Source: an uncultured Candidatus Rokubacteria bacterium (GTDB lineage Bacteria; Methylomirabilota; Methylomirabilia; Rokubacteriales; DASRDR01). From it: 64,000 bases of DNA. The stretch spans positions 181,440 to 245,439 of the forward strand of contig CAWCVP010000015.1 in NCBI GenBank assembly GCA_963799055.1, in the 5' to 3' direction. The position numbers were made by a program, and so were the translations under genes. The notes beneath the pieces are model-generated. The model made no database searches. It was not told the DNA's origin and worked only from the letters and a program-made list of their open reading frames with translations. Shown here piece after piece: positions 63,775 to 64,000 of this stretch (the stretch's first letter is position 1; every line of letters begins with the position of its first letter).

Positions 63775-64000
63775 ATGAAGACGCGCCTCTACCTCGCCGC
63801 AGCCGTTGCCGCCGCCATCGCGGCGCCCGCCGCGACCGGCGCCCAGCCGGCCCCGATGCCGAAGTTCGAGGCCGAGAAGTGCTACGGCATCACGAAGGCC
63901 GGCAAGAACGACTGTCAGACCGCCAACTCCTCCTGCGCGGGGACATCGAAGCGAGACGCGCAGAAGGACGCGTGGGTGTTCGTCCCCAAGGGGACCTGCG
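63775..64000 (+). CDS. DUF2282-family small secreted Cys-rich protein (bufferin/BufA1-type RiPP precursor), 3' end cut by the window
   Basis: Signal MKTRLYLAAAVAAAIAAPAA, then EKCYGITKAGKNDCQTANSSCAGTSKRDAQKDAWVFVPKGTC, the characteristic DUF2282 Cys pattern. RBS AGGAGG. Confidence 0.75.
   Translation, partial: MKTRLYLAAAVAAAIAAPAATGAQPAPMPKFEAEKCYGITKAGKNDCQTANSSCAGTSKRDAQKDAWVFVPKGTC

Overview
This is a 64 kb, very GC-rich bacterial chromosomal segment, probably from an error-prone or metagenomic assembly. More than ten conserved genes have reading frames broken at short G/C runs.

**Left half (1-39.8 kb), mostly + strand core metabolism:**
- Two Dpp/Opp-type ABC permeases.
- An Rrf2 - cysteine synthase - ThiS/MoaD-type sulfur carrier - JAMM protease cluster, organised like mycobacterial CysO/Mec.
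- A complete Alternative Complex III operon (actABCDEF), with a truncated IS110-family element wedged between actB and actC.
- A GT39 glycosyltransferase and moeA.
- A sulfur-oxidation module: SoxY-SoxZ fusion, flavocytochrome-c sulfide dehydrogenase flavoprotein, dihaem cytochrome c, and a convergent YeeE/YedE transporter.
- A polar amino-acid ABC transporter whose last permease runs without a stop codon into a CpoB/YbgF-like TPR lipoprotein.
- dprA-topA-xerC-hslVU, then argB-(dienelactone hydrolase)-argD-argF-argG, then comB, pgsA, plsY, gpsA and a galT-like gene.

**Middle (39.8-55.7 kb), a tRNA-Gly(GCC) / tRNA-Cys(GCA) / tRNA-Leu(UAA) cluster broken up by mobile DNA:**
- A decayed ~3.3 kb integrative element is bounded by a 38-nt duplication of the 5' half of tRNA-Cys. 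It carries an ISNCY/IS1202-like IS flanked by 17-bp direct repeats.
- An ~11 kb, visibly more AT-rich block is bounded by tRNA-Leu and a 22-nt copy of its 3' end. It holds an IS630 element, a methyltransferase, an orphan solute-binding protein, a DUF3237 gene, gene fragments, and two translationally coupled giant signalling genes.

**Right end (55.9-64 kb):**
- Three tandem PF04392-type solute-binding genes, a TPR membrane protein and a beta-barrel-like protein.
- A Fur-family regulator coupled to an exported rhodanese whose catalytic Cys codon is an in-frame TGA (selenocysteine candidate or nonsense mutation).
- A HAMP/class III cyclase.
- The start of a DUF2282 (bufferin-type RiPP precursor) gene, cut by the window edge.

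No rRNA genes or CRISPR arrays were seen.
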